From positions 3,720,001 to 3,784,000 of the forward strand of contig NW_025963835.1 in assembly GCF_023055435.1 (NCBI RefSeq): a stretch of 64,000 nt of DNA. Reading direction: 5' to 3'. A program made the translations under genes and the position numbers. Source of the DNA: Haliotis rufescens (lineage: Eukaryota). This document shows positions 25,779-38,290 of this stretch, in pieces. Numbering within the stretch: the stretch's first letter is position 1; each line of letters starts with the position of its first letter. The notes below the pieces were generated by a model. That model did not search any database. It was not told the origin of the DNA and worked only from the letters and a program-made list of their open reading frames with translations.

Positions 25779-26180
25779 TAGTCTGTCACACAGATCTAGA
25801 CTTCGACTGTCTCCCAGGCCCTATATGTTAAATCAAAATTGAATCCAACTCAGGTCTAGAGTGATTTGGCAAGTCCAGAAATTGAGCATTGTTCTGGGCG
25901 CCATTTGGACTTTTTTATTTTATCTTATTTATATATATTTTCAAATAAGGTAACTTTATTTCTGGGACTAAATGTTAGGCTAATACAGACCCTGAAACAA
26001 ACAAAGGTATCCGAAAAATCCCAAGCAATCCTACATTACTTGGGCAAGTCTAGATTTCTTCAATGATTTTATATATTGGGAGATTCTTCTGGGTTCCTTT
26101 CTAGTATAAATCACAATAAAAAATTTACACATAAAGAAACACCTAAAAAGGTTTTAATTTCTGAGACTAAATGTAAGGGT
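25779..26180. mobile_element. Tandem cluster of family F (AcademH-like) units
   Basis: Repeated TAGTCTGTCAC, TTGGCAAGTCYAGA and CTGRGACTAAATGT motifs. Confidence 0.5.
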
Positions 26181-26224
26181 TGTTCCCGACGAACAAGATA
26201 AGTTGTTGACAAACTCCAAAATGA

Positions 26225-26890
26225 TTGCCAACTTTTTTCTTCACACGACAAAATGTTTGTCAACTTGTGTCTTCACACGACAAAATGTTTGCCAGCTTGT
26301 GTCTTCACACGACAAAATGTCTGCCAGCTTGTGTCTTCACACGACAAAATGTCTGCCAGCTTGTGTCTTCACACGACAAAATGTTTGCAAGCTTGTGTCT
26401 TCACACCACAAAATATTTGCCAACTTGTGTCTTCACACGACAAAATGTTTGCCAGCTTGTGTCTTCACACGACAAAATGTTTGCAAGCTTGTGTCTTCAC
26501 ACGACAAAATATTTGCCAACTTGTGTCTTCACACGACAAAATGTTTGCAAGCTTGTGTCTTCACACGACAAAATGTCTGCCAGCTTGTGTCTTCACACCA
26601 CAAAATGTCTGCCAGCTTGTGTCTTCACACTACAAAATGTTTGCAAGCTTGTGTCTTCACACGACAAAATGTCTGCCAGCTTGTGTCTTCACACCACAAA
26701 ATGTCTGCCAGCTTGTGTCTTCACACCACAAAATGTCTGCCAGCTTGTGTCTTCACACCACAAAATGTTTGCAAGCTTGTGTCTTCACACGACAAAATAT
26801 TTGCCAACTTGTGTCTTCACACGACAAAATGTTTGCCAACTTGCATCTTCACACGACAAAATGTTTGCTAACTTGTGTCTTCACATAACA
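26225..26890. repeat. 32-bp minisatellite CTTGTGTCTTCACACGACAAAATGTTTGCCAG, about 21 units
   Basis: Direct tandem periodicity. Confidence 0.95.
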
Positions 26891-27534
26891 AAGACGTGTT
26901 GTGTTTTTCTCAGTTCATCTTCACTTCTCTCAAATGCCGACGCCATTTTGTAGCAGACCTCAGTACAAACCCAGCCTGGTTCACAAGGTAGACTGCGCTT
27001 GCGCTTGCGCTACAGTACATGGAACCTGGCTGGTACAGATCATGTGATATCTCCGTTTCTGACTGTTTGTAAGCGACCAGCAAGTCAGACAACCCTTCAC
27101 AGGTCAAAGTTTGAAAACACTAACACGTTGCCAATATACTGGTGAGAATAGACACATGTCGCGATTCTATTTTCTTAACTTTGTTAAACTCCACAAACTT
27201 ATTTTGCAAACAGTTTTCGCAATGTACACACACAAACTTATGTTTGTTAACGTAAAGAGTCAAACTACGTCAAACCTTGAGAGATGCAGATCAAGACAGA
27301 CTACATCACCTGCATGCATAGTGTTAACAGCGACTGCAGACGACAGACAGGTGAAGACATAACTTTGTCACCAGCTGATAAGCACCGGCTTACATCATAG
27401 CAAGGTCACGGTCGGCGAGTATACGTGTTCTGGTATATGTTCCTTGCTGTGCAGTATATCTGTGTGTAGCTTGTCATCTATACTGTACCCTCGCATGTGA
27501 CGTTTCAAGAGCTGGAGAGTTCCATTGAATGATT

Positions 27535-27604
27535 GAGGGGTTTCAACGTCATTTTAACGTCACAACGTCAACATTATTGCACTTATACAGCGACGTGCAT
27601 GCAT

Positions 27605-27667
<63 letters not shown>

Positions 27668-27867
27668 AGTCCGGATTAATGCCGATTTCATAGTGCTAGC
27701 TCACTGAGATACCAGTCCTTGTTTTAGCCCTTTAATTCCGAGCGCTAGGCAGGGTAACAATAAGTACCATCTTATAACGTCTTTTGGTATGATGCGGTAT
27801 TGGGGATCGAACCCCGGATCTTCCGCTCTCCGGGCGGACGATCTACCACTAGACCACGGAGACGGTC
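27535..27867 (-). mobile_element. SINE family C with expanded (GT)n at 27607-27664
   Basis: Reverse complement of C consensus. Confidence 0.85.
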
Positions 27868-27874
27868 ATTTTGA

Positions 27875-27982
27875 AGAGTATTCCAGTAATATCACGGCGT
27901 GTCAGCTTCATGTTGGAGGAAAGCCTGAACCGATGCATATCAAAGACGTTTGCTTTTCTTCCGTGAAACCCACAAGCACGGA
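27875..27982 (-). mobile_element. SINE family D 3' fragment
   Basis: TATCACGGCGTGTCAGCTT...GGAAAGCCTGAA. Confidence 0.7.
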
Positions 27983-27983
27983 G

Positions 27984-28140
27984 AGCGCCTCCGTGGTCTA
28001 GTGGTGGAGCGCCTGTCTGGAGAGCGGAAGGTTGATGGTTCGATGCCCGGCTGCGTCATACAAAAAGACGTTAGATTATGGCACTTGTAGTTTTCCTGCC
28101 TGGCGCTCGGCATTAAAGGAATACAACAAGAACTAGTCAG
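27984..28140 (+). mobile_element. SINE family C 5' part
   Basis: CGCCTCCGTGGTCTAGTGG head plus Meta-like domain. Confidence 0.8.
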
Positions 28141-28962
28141 CACAGAGTGGTGAACCCACGATAAACTGCAGCATGGTATCGCTGTGGGTTTGCAATATAG
28201 AACCGACAATTGGTCGGACTGGTCCAAGCAGACCCCGTTAATCAGGGCACATCCGGATAACAAGTCTTGGGCTCATAGAAAAAGTACATCATATACAGAC
28301 AGTAATTGTCTAGAGAGGGTTTCCAGTCTAACGGGGTCCGTAATAACCAGGCTACAGTGTATGCGTATTGTGTGATGTATTAGGGAGAGATCAAATCTCG
28401 CAGATCGCACGGAAGTTGTTCAGACCATGTTAAACTTAATCAAGTAAACAAAAAAATCAACAAAAATGTGAAACATTGTTGAAATGAACAGAATGGATAA
28501 AAGAGTGTTTCCCATGTTTATGAATTCGGAACACACCAGGAACGAGGGAAGATATATTTCAGATCTGTTGAAAAAACAATTCATTTTGCGAAAATTTCAG
28601 TCAAATGCAAGTGATGTCAAAATGTGACATTCGAAGTAGATCTGAAGAGACATCGTTCCGAATACCATCTCCAGAAACAGTATAGCAAATAAACTACAGC
28701 CGCTGGAAAATGTTGCCTCGCAAAAAATGCCGATTCCTGTCTGACAGTACAGTAATAAAATTGTCAACAGTCTGCGTGCACCGATTACCACCAACGCTAT
28801 ACCACCTGGTGGCGGGAGGCGAGTATATGTGCCCCTCGTCTGAGTGTTATCACAGAGGAAATGTGGAAATAGATTGGGTAATGGTTCTTGTTTATGCGTC
28901 TTAGGAACTCGGGGTGGATTCTCTGATGGAAGATCTGTGTGTCCTGACCACGGATTGGGATA

Positions 28963-29076
28963 TCAGACGAGAGTTGGTTCAGTCGGTAATCGGGAGATTG
29001 TCTCTGGTTCAGTGATGTCAGGACTGGAGCCATGTGAGCGGTAGGCGATAAGAGGAGCATCAGTTGCAACATATCG
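28963..29076 (-). CDS. Possible terminal coding exon RYVATDAPLIAYRSHGSSPDITEPETISRLPTEPTLV*
   Basis: Acceptor CCCATCTTCCAG, open frame to TGA, C-terminal T-L-V resembles a class I PDZ ligand; no homolog recognised. Confidence 0.25.
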   Translation of the reverse strand, partial: RYVATDAPLIAYRSHGSSPDITEPETISRLPTEPTLV

Positions 29077-29095
29077 CTGGAAGATGGGTTCTAGG

Positions 29096-29272
29096 TAGAC
29101 TAACATTTAGTCTCTGAAATCTTATACTACACAATATCCTTCTTGACTCTAAAAAAAATAAAAATTCCCTATGCTGATTCCAGCTTGAGCTGGCTAGACT
29201 TGCTTTTGTATGCATTTCTAGATTTTGTTTTATCATAAAATAAATATATTCCATGGTCATGGTGCAAGACAA
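29096..29272. mobile_element. Family F (AcademH-like) non-autonomous element
   Basis: Starts TAGACTAACATTTAGTCTCTG; exact 9-bp TSD GGTTCTAGG at 29087-29095 and 29273-29281. Confidence 0.75.
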
Positions 29273-29304
29273 GGTTCTAGGCTACTGCATGTACAGCTAT
29301 TAGT

Positions 29305-29469
29305 GTGAGTGAGTGAGTATGGTTTTACGCCGCTTTTAGCAATATTCCAGCAATATCACGGCGGGGGACACCAGAAATGTGCTTCATACATTGTACCCAT
29401 GTCGGGAATCGAACCCGGGTCTTCGGCGTGACGAGCCAACGCTTTAACCACTAGGCTACCCGACCGCCC
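29305..29469 (-). mobile_element. SINE family A, near-consensus full length
   Basis: Clean A/B boxes and tail. Confidence 0.92.
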
Positions 29470-29637
29470 GTGCGTGTGCGTGTGTGTGTGTGTGTTCGGA
29501 CTTTCCGATTTTATACTGCTAGTCTACTGAGATACCATACAGAAAACGGCAGTTTTTGATATGACGCTGCCGGGGATCGAACTCCCAAACATCTGCACTC
29601 CGGGCAGACGCTTTACCCACTAGACCACGGAGGCGGG
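29470..29637 (-). mobile_element. SINE family C, internally deleted
   Basis: Head CCACTAGACCACGGAGGCGG and (GT) seed. Confidence 0.75.
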
Positions 29638-30303
29638 CACAACGAGTGGAAAAGAAAGCGGCCAAGGGATCCATTCTGCCCAGGGATCCATGCGGTTAGA
29701 AAATCTTAAAGCCCAGTGGCGCAGCATGTATTGCCTGACACAAGAGGTCCAGTTTGTCATAGCAGGAAATACCTTTAGATACCGTCCTAATTCAACGGGG
29801 GGTGCGGGACACATCTGAACTTAGCCAAAGCGCTTCTGTGGGCTCAGGGCAAAGGTCGGATGTAGTCCGAGGATCCTAACAAATAGAAACGAAAGTGACC
29901 TGATGACCTATCCTGCAACAGGATACGGGTAGAAAAGCATACAGTACGGTCAACCCCGGATCCTGCCGCTATATAAGGAATTTTTTCTGCCTTGGGAGCG
30001 GAGCGACTGACAACTGGAACTCGGTGCACGAGATGCGCGTATGGTATCAAGCTACCATCAAGTGCATTGTATTTTACGTTGTGTTGACGCAGAAGTGTCA
30101 ACACATATTTGACACGACAGGTACGAACATAAAGTTGTCAACACCTGATGTGCACTGGTTGCCATGGGCACCAGAAACCTAGCATGTTCGCGGGTGTTGT
30201 TGCAATGTATCAATGTACATATGAAAACTTCCACTGTGAAACGCTCTAAGCAGATTTCAGTATTTCATTAAAAGCTGGACTCTCATTACGGGTGGTGGGC
30301 GGT

Positions 30304-30466
30304 GGGCGGTGGGGTAGCCTTATGGTTAAGCGTTCGCTCGTCACGCGGAAGACCCGAGTTCGATTCCCGACATGGATACAATGTGTAAAGCCCATTTCTG
30401 TTGTCCCCCGTCGTGACATTGCTGGAATATTCCTAGAAACGGCGTAAAACCATATTCACTTACTCA
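30304..30466 (+). mobile_element. SINE family A, full length
   Basis: Consensus; TSD CTCATT(A/G)C(G/A)GGTGGT. Confidence 0.9.
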
Positions 30467-30576
30467 TTGCAGGTGGTAGGGTCTCCTTTCGTTTTAGACA
30501 CCACGGGGGAGATTCGTGTGTTGGTAGAATTGACAGGCTTAGGGCCAGTGAATTGAGAGAGTTGGCTGTGTGTGTG

Positions 30577-30812
30577 TGAGTGAGTGGGTCCGGTTATCTC
30601 AACATTCCAGTTATATAACGGCATGCCAGCTTAATGTGGCAGGACAGCCCGAACTGATGCAGGTCTCAGACGTTTACTAATTTGGTGAAACCCACGAGCA
30701 CAGGGTTGGTGCCGACAAACCTAGAAACATAATCGAGGCGAACCGGGATTCGAACAAACGATCAATGATGTCTGACGTGCCCAAGGGACGCAACTCTTCA
30801 CAGCGAACTTCG
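30577..30812 (-). mobile_element. SINE family D
   Basis: Reverse complement of D. Confidence 0.85.
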
Positions 30813-32915
30813 GCACCTTAGTGTTAGACGACGAATGTTCAGTTCAAAACCTGATAATCGATTATAGTAACAAGATGGATCATCACTGTATGTAGAATTA
30901 AAACAATCCTTAGAAGGATTATCAAACAATTTAAACTTTGGCCAAATTTCCTGATGACCCGTGTCACGATAGGAACGCAAAACTAACTTTCATTAGCACC
31001 GAAACGATTTTAAGACTGAAAAAAATGAATATGTGTTGATAGTGGTTTTATACATGCTTAGCAAAAGACTTAACATTTTATGATATTACGCGGCTGTTGA
31101 ATAGTCGCTCCCCCAGGATGGTATTAAAAAAAAGATGAAAAAAACCATTATTCAGATGAAATGGACTTGCGATTAGGTGACTTTAATTATCCTTATCATC
31201 TTCCAATCATTGAAAGGTGTTATCAAATATCATCCAGATTAGACGTGTTTATTATTCAAATTCAGTTCCATCATCTGGTTAATTGCAGACACATTGCCCG
31301 TCTAGACTTAAAATTTGTGCAAATGAGGTTACTATGATAATTATATGGATTAGGACTGATGTAATGTCTGGCGGGTTTTCCTCCTTAATTCTCGTCTGTA
31401 CATCTCAATTTGTCACATTTGTCCAATGGCTGAGACCCCCTCAGCAACGGCGCATCGTGCTAGCGCAACCAGTCTACAGGGGTGGGGGGGTTGTTGCGAA
31501 CCGGAAGTCATATAAAAGGATTTGACACGGAAGTCATAGAAAGTGCAGCTGAATAAAGTGATGACGGCGTTTTCTTTCATCTAGTTTGACATCCACATTA
31601 TGTGTTTTCTTGTCAATCTTACTAGAGTTCGGTTTTCCGTCTTGGAGAAGCCTTTTGGGGAGACACGTGATGAAATCACGTGACATACACACCCGACTTG
31701 ATTGACATCGTTACAAAATAGCCTTGGCATGTCTTTTCAGGGGAACAAAATACAGGGTTCTTTTTGCAGCATTATTGTGTTTTCCAAAGAAATAAACTCA
31801 ACACAGTAGTAGGAAAAAAGTGAATTTAGCTGGACAGTTGAGCCGTGAGAACGCACACTGATGCCAAGGCGATTCTATTTAACACATGCGTCCTCCAATT
31901 TTATATTCCATGGGGCCCTGGAATTTTTCGAGACATACACATTTTTTCAGGAAATACAGGAGACCAGTTTTATTTATTTGTTCCTTCTTTTTGCTATTTG
32001 TGAGGGGAGGTTATTTTTCAGAGCAAATGAAGTTCTTCTTTTCAACACCGTGCTCTGAAAAGTCTAGCGAATGTCCGTGCCGTTGGGATACGGCCTATTT
32101 TGATCCCCATAACGGTCACTCATAGAGTACCGGACGCCTGTCATAACCCCCCGGAACGACAGATGATTTAGGGGAGGAGGTTTCAGCTTTTTACAGAAAT
32201 GTTCTAGTAGTGTGGACATATACAAATATAACACGTCAACGCCAGAGACTAACCAGTCTCGATTATCTCCTGTAACAGATTCCATTAGGAGTAAAAGGAA
32301 ACTTAGTGGGGAAAATTATTTGAATGGATCATATACATATGGACATTTGCTGGTCTTTTTAGAGCAATGTTTTGAAAAGACGAAAATTATTTGCTCCTGC
32401 AAAGTATCCCAAACCTAGCAACAAGAATAAATAAATAAATATAAATTCATAACGCAAGGAAAGATAACTCTTCCAGTAAAATCCGGAAAATCGCTATTCT
32501 CAGATGGTATTTTTTTCGAACACAACCACAAAGTATTGAATGACGTGCAAAACAAACAATTCTCACTGTGTGCTTTAAATGACCCGAAACATTGTTTCAA
32601 CTTTTCAAGACCTAATAAAGACGTGTCGTGTTTTCTCCATGCAGACAGCCATGAATGAAGAAGACATGTGTCACGGCAAGTGCCTCTCGCTAACGTTAAT
32701 CTAAACTCAGTCTCGGGGCTCACAAAACGTATCTGCCGATATCGTTACACACCGAGCACAGCCAAAAACAATGACAGTAAATCAAACGATAGCTAGCCCG
32801 CTTCCCTGGAAATGTACGGGCAGTTATCTCAATGAAGATAATACATCACCTGGTATACTCTGTGTACAAGAGTGTTCCATGTGCTGTTATACTTGAAGAA
32901 GCGAACGTTTATAAT

Positions 32916-33070
32916 NNNNNNNNNNNNNNNNNNNNNNNNNNNNNNNNNNNNNNNNNNNNNNNNNNNNNNNNNNNNNNNNNNNNNNNNNNNNNNNNNNNNN
33001 NNNNNNNNNNNNNNNNNNNNNNNNNNNNNNNNNNNNNNNNNNNNNNNNNNNNNNNNNNNNNNNNNNNNNN
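32916..33070. other. Assembly gap (155 N)
   Basis: Run of N. Confidence 1.
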
Positions 33071-33409
33071 TCACATCAATGGCATCCTGCAAATACTTTT
33101 GTTTTAATGAAAGTATACATCGGCGGTTGCGTACATTATCACAGCCCTCGCTGGAGTACTGACAAACAACAATACCTCATTCGGAACGTCGTGTCGGGTC
33201 GAATGAAACATTTCCGCTTCGCTTATCAGGGAGAAAATAATCGTTATCTATCATAGAATGGAACTTCTTCATGGATGGTTTATCACAGAATGAGTGAATG
33301 GATGGATATTCATAAAAGTTCATATAAATAGGTTTACCGCTATTGTCGGCGATATGAAAGATGGGATGCTTAACTAAGAAAGTACATTGGCAGTATTTTA
33401 TGTTGTTAG

Positions 33410-33529
33410 TTAGATTTTAGGCAGGTCTTAGCAATATTCCAGCACCATTACAGGGGGACATTCTACCCATATGGGAATCGAACCGGCTTGACGAGATGAC
33501 GCTTTAACCACAAGGTTACCCTGCCGCCC
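33410..33529 (-). mobile_element. SINE family A, degenerate
   Basis: TTAGCAATATTCCAGCA...GGGAATCGAACC...CTGCCGCCC. Confidence 0.7.
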
Positions 33530-33600
33530 TAGCATACTATACCCATGCGGAATGACGTTATCATTATACGCTTTAACCCGCTAGGCTTACTCCGCACGGG

Positions 33601-33843
33601 ACCCGTGAAGATCCGGGGAAGAATAATGCTGTAAAAGGCGACTATGCTTGTCGTAGGAGGCGACTAACGGGATCGGGTGGTCAGGCTCGCTGACTTGGTT
33701 GATGCATGTTATCGTATCCCAATTGCGTGGATCGATGCTCATGATATCAGCCACTGGATTGATTGGTCCAGACTCGATTATTTACAGACCGCCGTCATAT
33801 AGATGGAATATTGCTGAGTGCGACGTTAAACAACAAGCAAACT
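33601..33843 (+). mobile_element. Family B retroposon, full length
   Basis: Starts ACCCGTGAAGATCCGGGG; TSD TACTC(C/T)GCAC. Confidence 0.9.
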
Positions 33844-34051
33844 AATACTCTGCACAGATAGTTGGAACACCTCCTTCAACTTAGTTATTGTTTCCCCATT
33901 ATGTAGCATTAATTATGACATACAGAAAGGGAGTTGGTGAGTGAGTTTGTTTTTCCAGCGCTTTGAGCAATATTCCAGTCCTATCAAGACGAGATCAACC
34001 AGAACTAGGCTTCACATATTATACTCATTTGGGGAACAAACACTCGTAGTT

Positions 34052-34212
34052 GGGTCGGTAGGGTAGCCTAGTGGGTAAAACGTTCGTTCGTCACACCGAA
34101 AACCCGGTTTCGAATATACATGGGTACATGAAACCAATTTATGGTGTCACCGCTGTGATGGTGGTAGAATTGTGTTAAAAGCGGCGTAAAGCGATACTCA
34201 TTCGTTCACTCC
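34052..34212 (+). mobile_element. SINE family A (a further degenerate minus copy lies at about 33937-34035)
   Basis: Head and tail match. Confidence 0.75.
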
Positions 34213-34247
34213 TCAATGGAGCTCATCACTGACTGTTTTTTGCCACG

Positions 34248-34547
34248 TTTGTTTGTTTATTGTCTTGTTTGTTTATTGTTTAACGCCGCACTCAGCAATA
34301 TTCCAGCTATATGACGGGGATCTGTAAATAATCGAGTCTGGACAAGACAATCCAGTGATTGACATCATAAGTAGCTATCTATGCAATTCGGATACGATGA
34401 CATGCATCAACCAAGTCAGCGAACATGACCACCCGATCCCGTTAGTCGCCTCTTACGAACGGGATCGTGTGGTCAGGCTCGCTGACTTCGTTGATGCATG
34501 CCATCGTATCCCAATTGCGTGGATCGATGCTCATGATGTCAATCACG
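34248..34547 (-). mobile_element. Family B copy fused to an inverted duplication of its own body
   Basis: Minus copy 34248-34457, then plus copy 34458-34547. Confidence 0.85.
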
Positions 34548-34789
34548 GTATAAGGGTCATTTGGCCATTTTCCCATCTTCACAATGTAGTAGCGTCACGG
34601 CTCCGCGGGAGTGCCCCATGGAATAAATGTCACATTGATTTCATGTCCGTAAAGTGCGTAAATCTCGAGATAAAACGCCTACTACATAAAGGCCTGTCTG
34701 AGATAGTTATATAATTAATTTCTGAAACCATTGATTCTCCATAACCTAATGGTGTCAATCTAGCACCATAGTCTGTTTCAATGCGTGAG

Positions 34790-35220
34790 GTGTCATGTTC
34801 TGAATTTTCTCCGTGTTTCTGTCACTTCCGCCATCAAACCTGTCATCACCGCCTTATCCCCCATCTGTGACGTCACGGCTAGGTGCAATATGGCTGATAA
34901 TGCGCGTCGAGCCGCAATAACGCCACCTGGCGGAGGATGGAGGAACTGTAGTCTGACACGCGAGTAACCTCCCTCTGTGTAAAAAGACGGGCAGTGATTG
35001 GCTGGTAATTACATCGTCTCGCGTGTTACGCGACGAGAGACGGGCGTGTGTTGAAGCGATCACGCCGGAAGATAAGAAGCGCAGTATAAACATGCGCAGT
35101 GCAGCGATGTAAGGAAGATAAATGATTCTAGGTCCTGGGTAGAAATAAGAGGCAGGGGCGGACCAGACGTGACATGCACGTGTTAGATATACGCATGTGA
35201 GGCACGTGCAGATAACACTG
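34790..35220. promoter_or_regulatory. CpG-rich promoter-like segment
   Basis: CACTTCCG and CCGGAAG (ETS), CATGCGCA (NRF1-like), GGGGCGG, ATTGG, CTCF-like 34920-34933. Confidence 0.35.
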
Positions 35221-35499
35221 TGTATATATCCAGTCTCGTGAGATCACGATATGAGGTAAATATTGCCGACTGAGAGATATCGAAAAGTGCCATAGATAAT
35301 GATAACGCTCATTTGATGAACTTCAAAGATTCAACCGTGAAATGATAATACACACATTACTGGAAAGGTTTTATTCGACTTAAAAGTGATGATGTATTAA
35401 TGATAAGCAGAAATCACGGATAATACTGTTTATTTAAAGATAATTCTCAGTTAACAGGAACACTTTGTAGGTTCAATCGAAACTCATACTCACGTCTGC

Positions 35500-35757
35500 A
35501 TTTAGTTTGTTTCTTTACGCCGCCCTCAGCAATATTCCAGCCATATGACGGCGGTCTGTAAAGAATCGAGTCTGGACCAGACAATACAGAGATTGACATG
35601 ATGACCAGATTGATACGATGACATGCATCCTTCAAGTCAGCGAGCCTGACCATCCGATCCTGTTATTCGCTTCTTACGACAAGCATCGTCGCCGCTAACG
35701 ACATACATGGGTTTCTGAAGACCAAATTCACCAACTCTATCCCTGATATTCACGGGT
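35500..35757 (-). mobile_element. Family B retroposon
   Basis: Consensus match; head abuts the 33-bp array. Confidence 0.85.
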
Positions 35758-35763
35758 TTTCCT

Positions 35764-37112
35764 TTACTTCTTATTACAGAATACAAATGTTGAATATAAC
35801 TACTTATTACAGAATACAAATGTTGAATATAACTACTTATTACAGAATACAAATGTTGAATATAACTACTTATTACAGAACACAAATGTTGAATATAACT
35901 ACTTATTACAGAATACAAATGTTGAATATAACTACTTATTACAGAATACAAATGTTGAATATAACTACTTATTACAGAATACAAATGTTGAATATAACTT
36001 CTTATTACAGAATACAAATGTTGAATATAACTACTTATTACAGAATACAAATGTTGAATATCACTACTTATTACATAATACAAATGTTGAATATAACTAC
36101 TTATTACAGAATACAAATGTTGAATATAACTTCTTATTACAGAATACAAATGTTGAATATAACTACTTATTACAGAATACAAATGTTGAATATAACTACT
36201 TATTACAGAATACAAATGTTGAATATAACTACTTATTACATAATACAAATGTTGAATATAACTACTTATTACAGAATACAAATGTTGAATATAACTACTT
36301 ATTACATAATACAAATGTTGAATATAACTACTTATTACAGAATACAAATGTTGAATATAACTACTTATTACAGAATACAAATGTTGAATATAACTACTTA
36401 TTACAGAATACAAATGTTGAATATAACTACTTATTACAGAATACAAATGTTGAATATAACTACTTATTACAAAATACAAATGTTGAATATAACTACTTAT
36501 TACAGAATACAAATGTTGAATATAACTACTTATTACAGAATACAAATGTTGAATATAACTACTTATTACAGAATACAAATGTTGAATATAACTACTTATT
36601 ACAGAATACAAATGTTGAATATAACTACTTATTACAGAATACAAATGTTGAATATAACTACTTATTACAAAATACAAATGTTGAATATAACTACTTATTA
36701 CAGAATACAAATGTTGAATATAACTACTTATTACAGAATACAAATGTTGAATATAACTACTTATTACAAAATACAAATGTTGAATATAACTACTTATTAC
36801 AGAATACAAATGTTGAATATAACTACTTATTACAGAATACAAATGTTGAATATAACTACTTATTACAAAATACAAATGTTGAATATAACTACTTATTACA
36901 GAATACAAATGTTGAATATAACTAAAAAAATACAAATGTTGAATATAACTACTTATTACATAATACAAATGTTGAATATAACTACTTATTACAGAATACA
37001 AATGTTGAATATAACTACTTATTACAGAATACAAATGTTGAATATCACTACTTATTACAGAATACAAATGTTGAATATAACTACTTATTACAAAATACAA
37101 ATGTTGAATATA
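35764..37112. repeat. 33-bp minisatellite TTATTACAGAATACAAATGTTGAATATAACTAC, about 41 units
   Basis: Highly homogeneous tandem array. Confidence 0.97.
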
Positions 37113-37299
37113 AATTAAATCTAAAACGTCAACGGAATAAAATAATCAGTGAGGAATATTTGCCGAAACAGGTTGCACTCGATGGAAAAGGTAAAAATAG
37201 TGATGTCATTTATATGAATGGATTAACGAAAATCAGTGGCGACACCAGGAGTTCGCGAAACAACGTAACAACGTCCTAGTCTACCAGTAGCACACAACA

Positions 37300-37509
37300 T
37301 AGTCTGTCTTACAGACCCTGATACAAATATATATCAAATACAGCCCATGCAAGTCTATAATGTTTGGCAAGTTTAGATCACTGCAGTATTCAGTATCTGA
37401 AAATGAAGAGACTCACTGGGCTCCTTTTTATTATATTTTTATTAGGATAACAGAACAACTGGGTTTTTTCTGTACGATATGTTCATCTCAGAGACTAGAT
37501 GTTAGTCTA
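37300..37509. mobile_element. Family F (AcademH-like) non-autonomous element
   Basis: TAG...CTA termini; 9-bp TSD CACACAACA / CACCCAACA. Confidence 0.75.
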
Positions 37510-37591
37510 CACCCAACACTCACATGTTCAGTAAAAACTAAGAGTACTGAGGTGTGGAAACTCCATGTTAAGGTCACAGCATGGGAAATCA

Positions 37592-38137
37592 CATCTTCCC
37601 GAGGCAAGAGAGTTAACTGATTTTAAAAGTCCAGTTTCCACCCTTGCCGAACTAGGCTGGAACTATGAGGCTCGATCGTGGCGCCACCAGTGGTTATTAC
37701 GAGTTATGTCCCTTCTAAACCTCTCCCATGGACCAATCAGATTCCACCTCTCGTATCACTTGCATTTGATTCAAACTAAATGGCGGAGCCCAGTCAAGAC
37801 TATCTGATCGATAATCAAGATCTATATTGTGTTAAAACGGGTCTTACATCGCAAAGTGCATCAAATCACGTGAGCACCTTGATTAAAATCATGAACAGAT
37901 TTGGAAAATATCTGTTAACAACGAGTTAGCGGTGCACATGCTTTGCAAATCCCGCAATCGATCGAAATCAGAAAGGACAGTTTACGAACCGGATTTCGAT
38001 TTCGTTACGCGATTTTGATTGGACTATGCATAGACTCGTTAGTCCAGCCAAAACGTAACTCCATAATACCAGCCTAGTTCGGCAAGGGTGGAAACTGGAC
38101 TTTTATAGTCAGTTAACTCCCTTGCCTCGGGAAGATG
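37592..38137 (+). mobile_element. MITE family E, Mutator-like
   Basis: About 69-bp TIRs; exact 9-bp TSD GGGAAATCA at 37583-37591 and 38138-38146. Confidence 0.92.
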
Positions 38138-38163
38138 GGGAAATCATCGCGTACCTTATTGAC

Positions 38164-38290
38164 TAGACTGACATTTAGTCGCAGAAATATAGTTATCTTA
38201 GTTGAGGCAATCTAGACTTGCCAAATCATTCTAGACTTGAGTTGGACGCCTTTTTTATTATTTTTTCTCTTGGGTCTGGGAGACGGACAA
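38164..38290. mobile_element. Family F degenerate copy
   Basis: TAGACTGACATTTAGTC start, GGGTCTGGGAGACGG end; weak 9-bp TSD (6/9 match). Confidence 0.55.

Noticed and set aside
26203-26953. Three overlapping Cys-rich ORFs; CRISPR-like unit length
   Set aside because: 32-bp tandem units with no unique spacers and no cas genes; the same peptide rotates through all frames
29395-29469. Functional tRNA-Asp gene
   Set aside because: No proper acceptor stem; always fused to SINE body and tail
35637-37118. 487-aa and 443-aa ORFs
   Set aside because: Translations of a near-perfect 33-bp tandem repeat that is open on both strands
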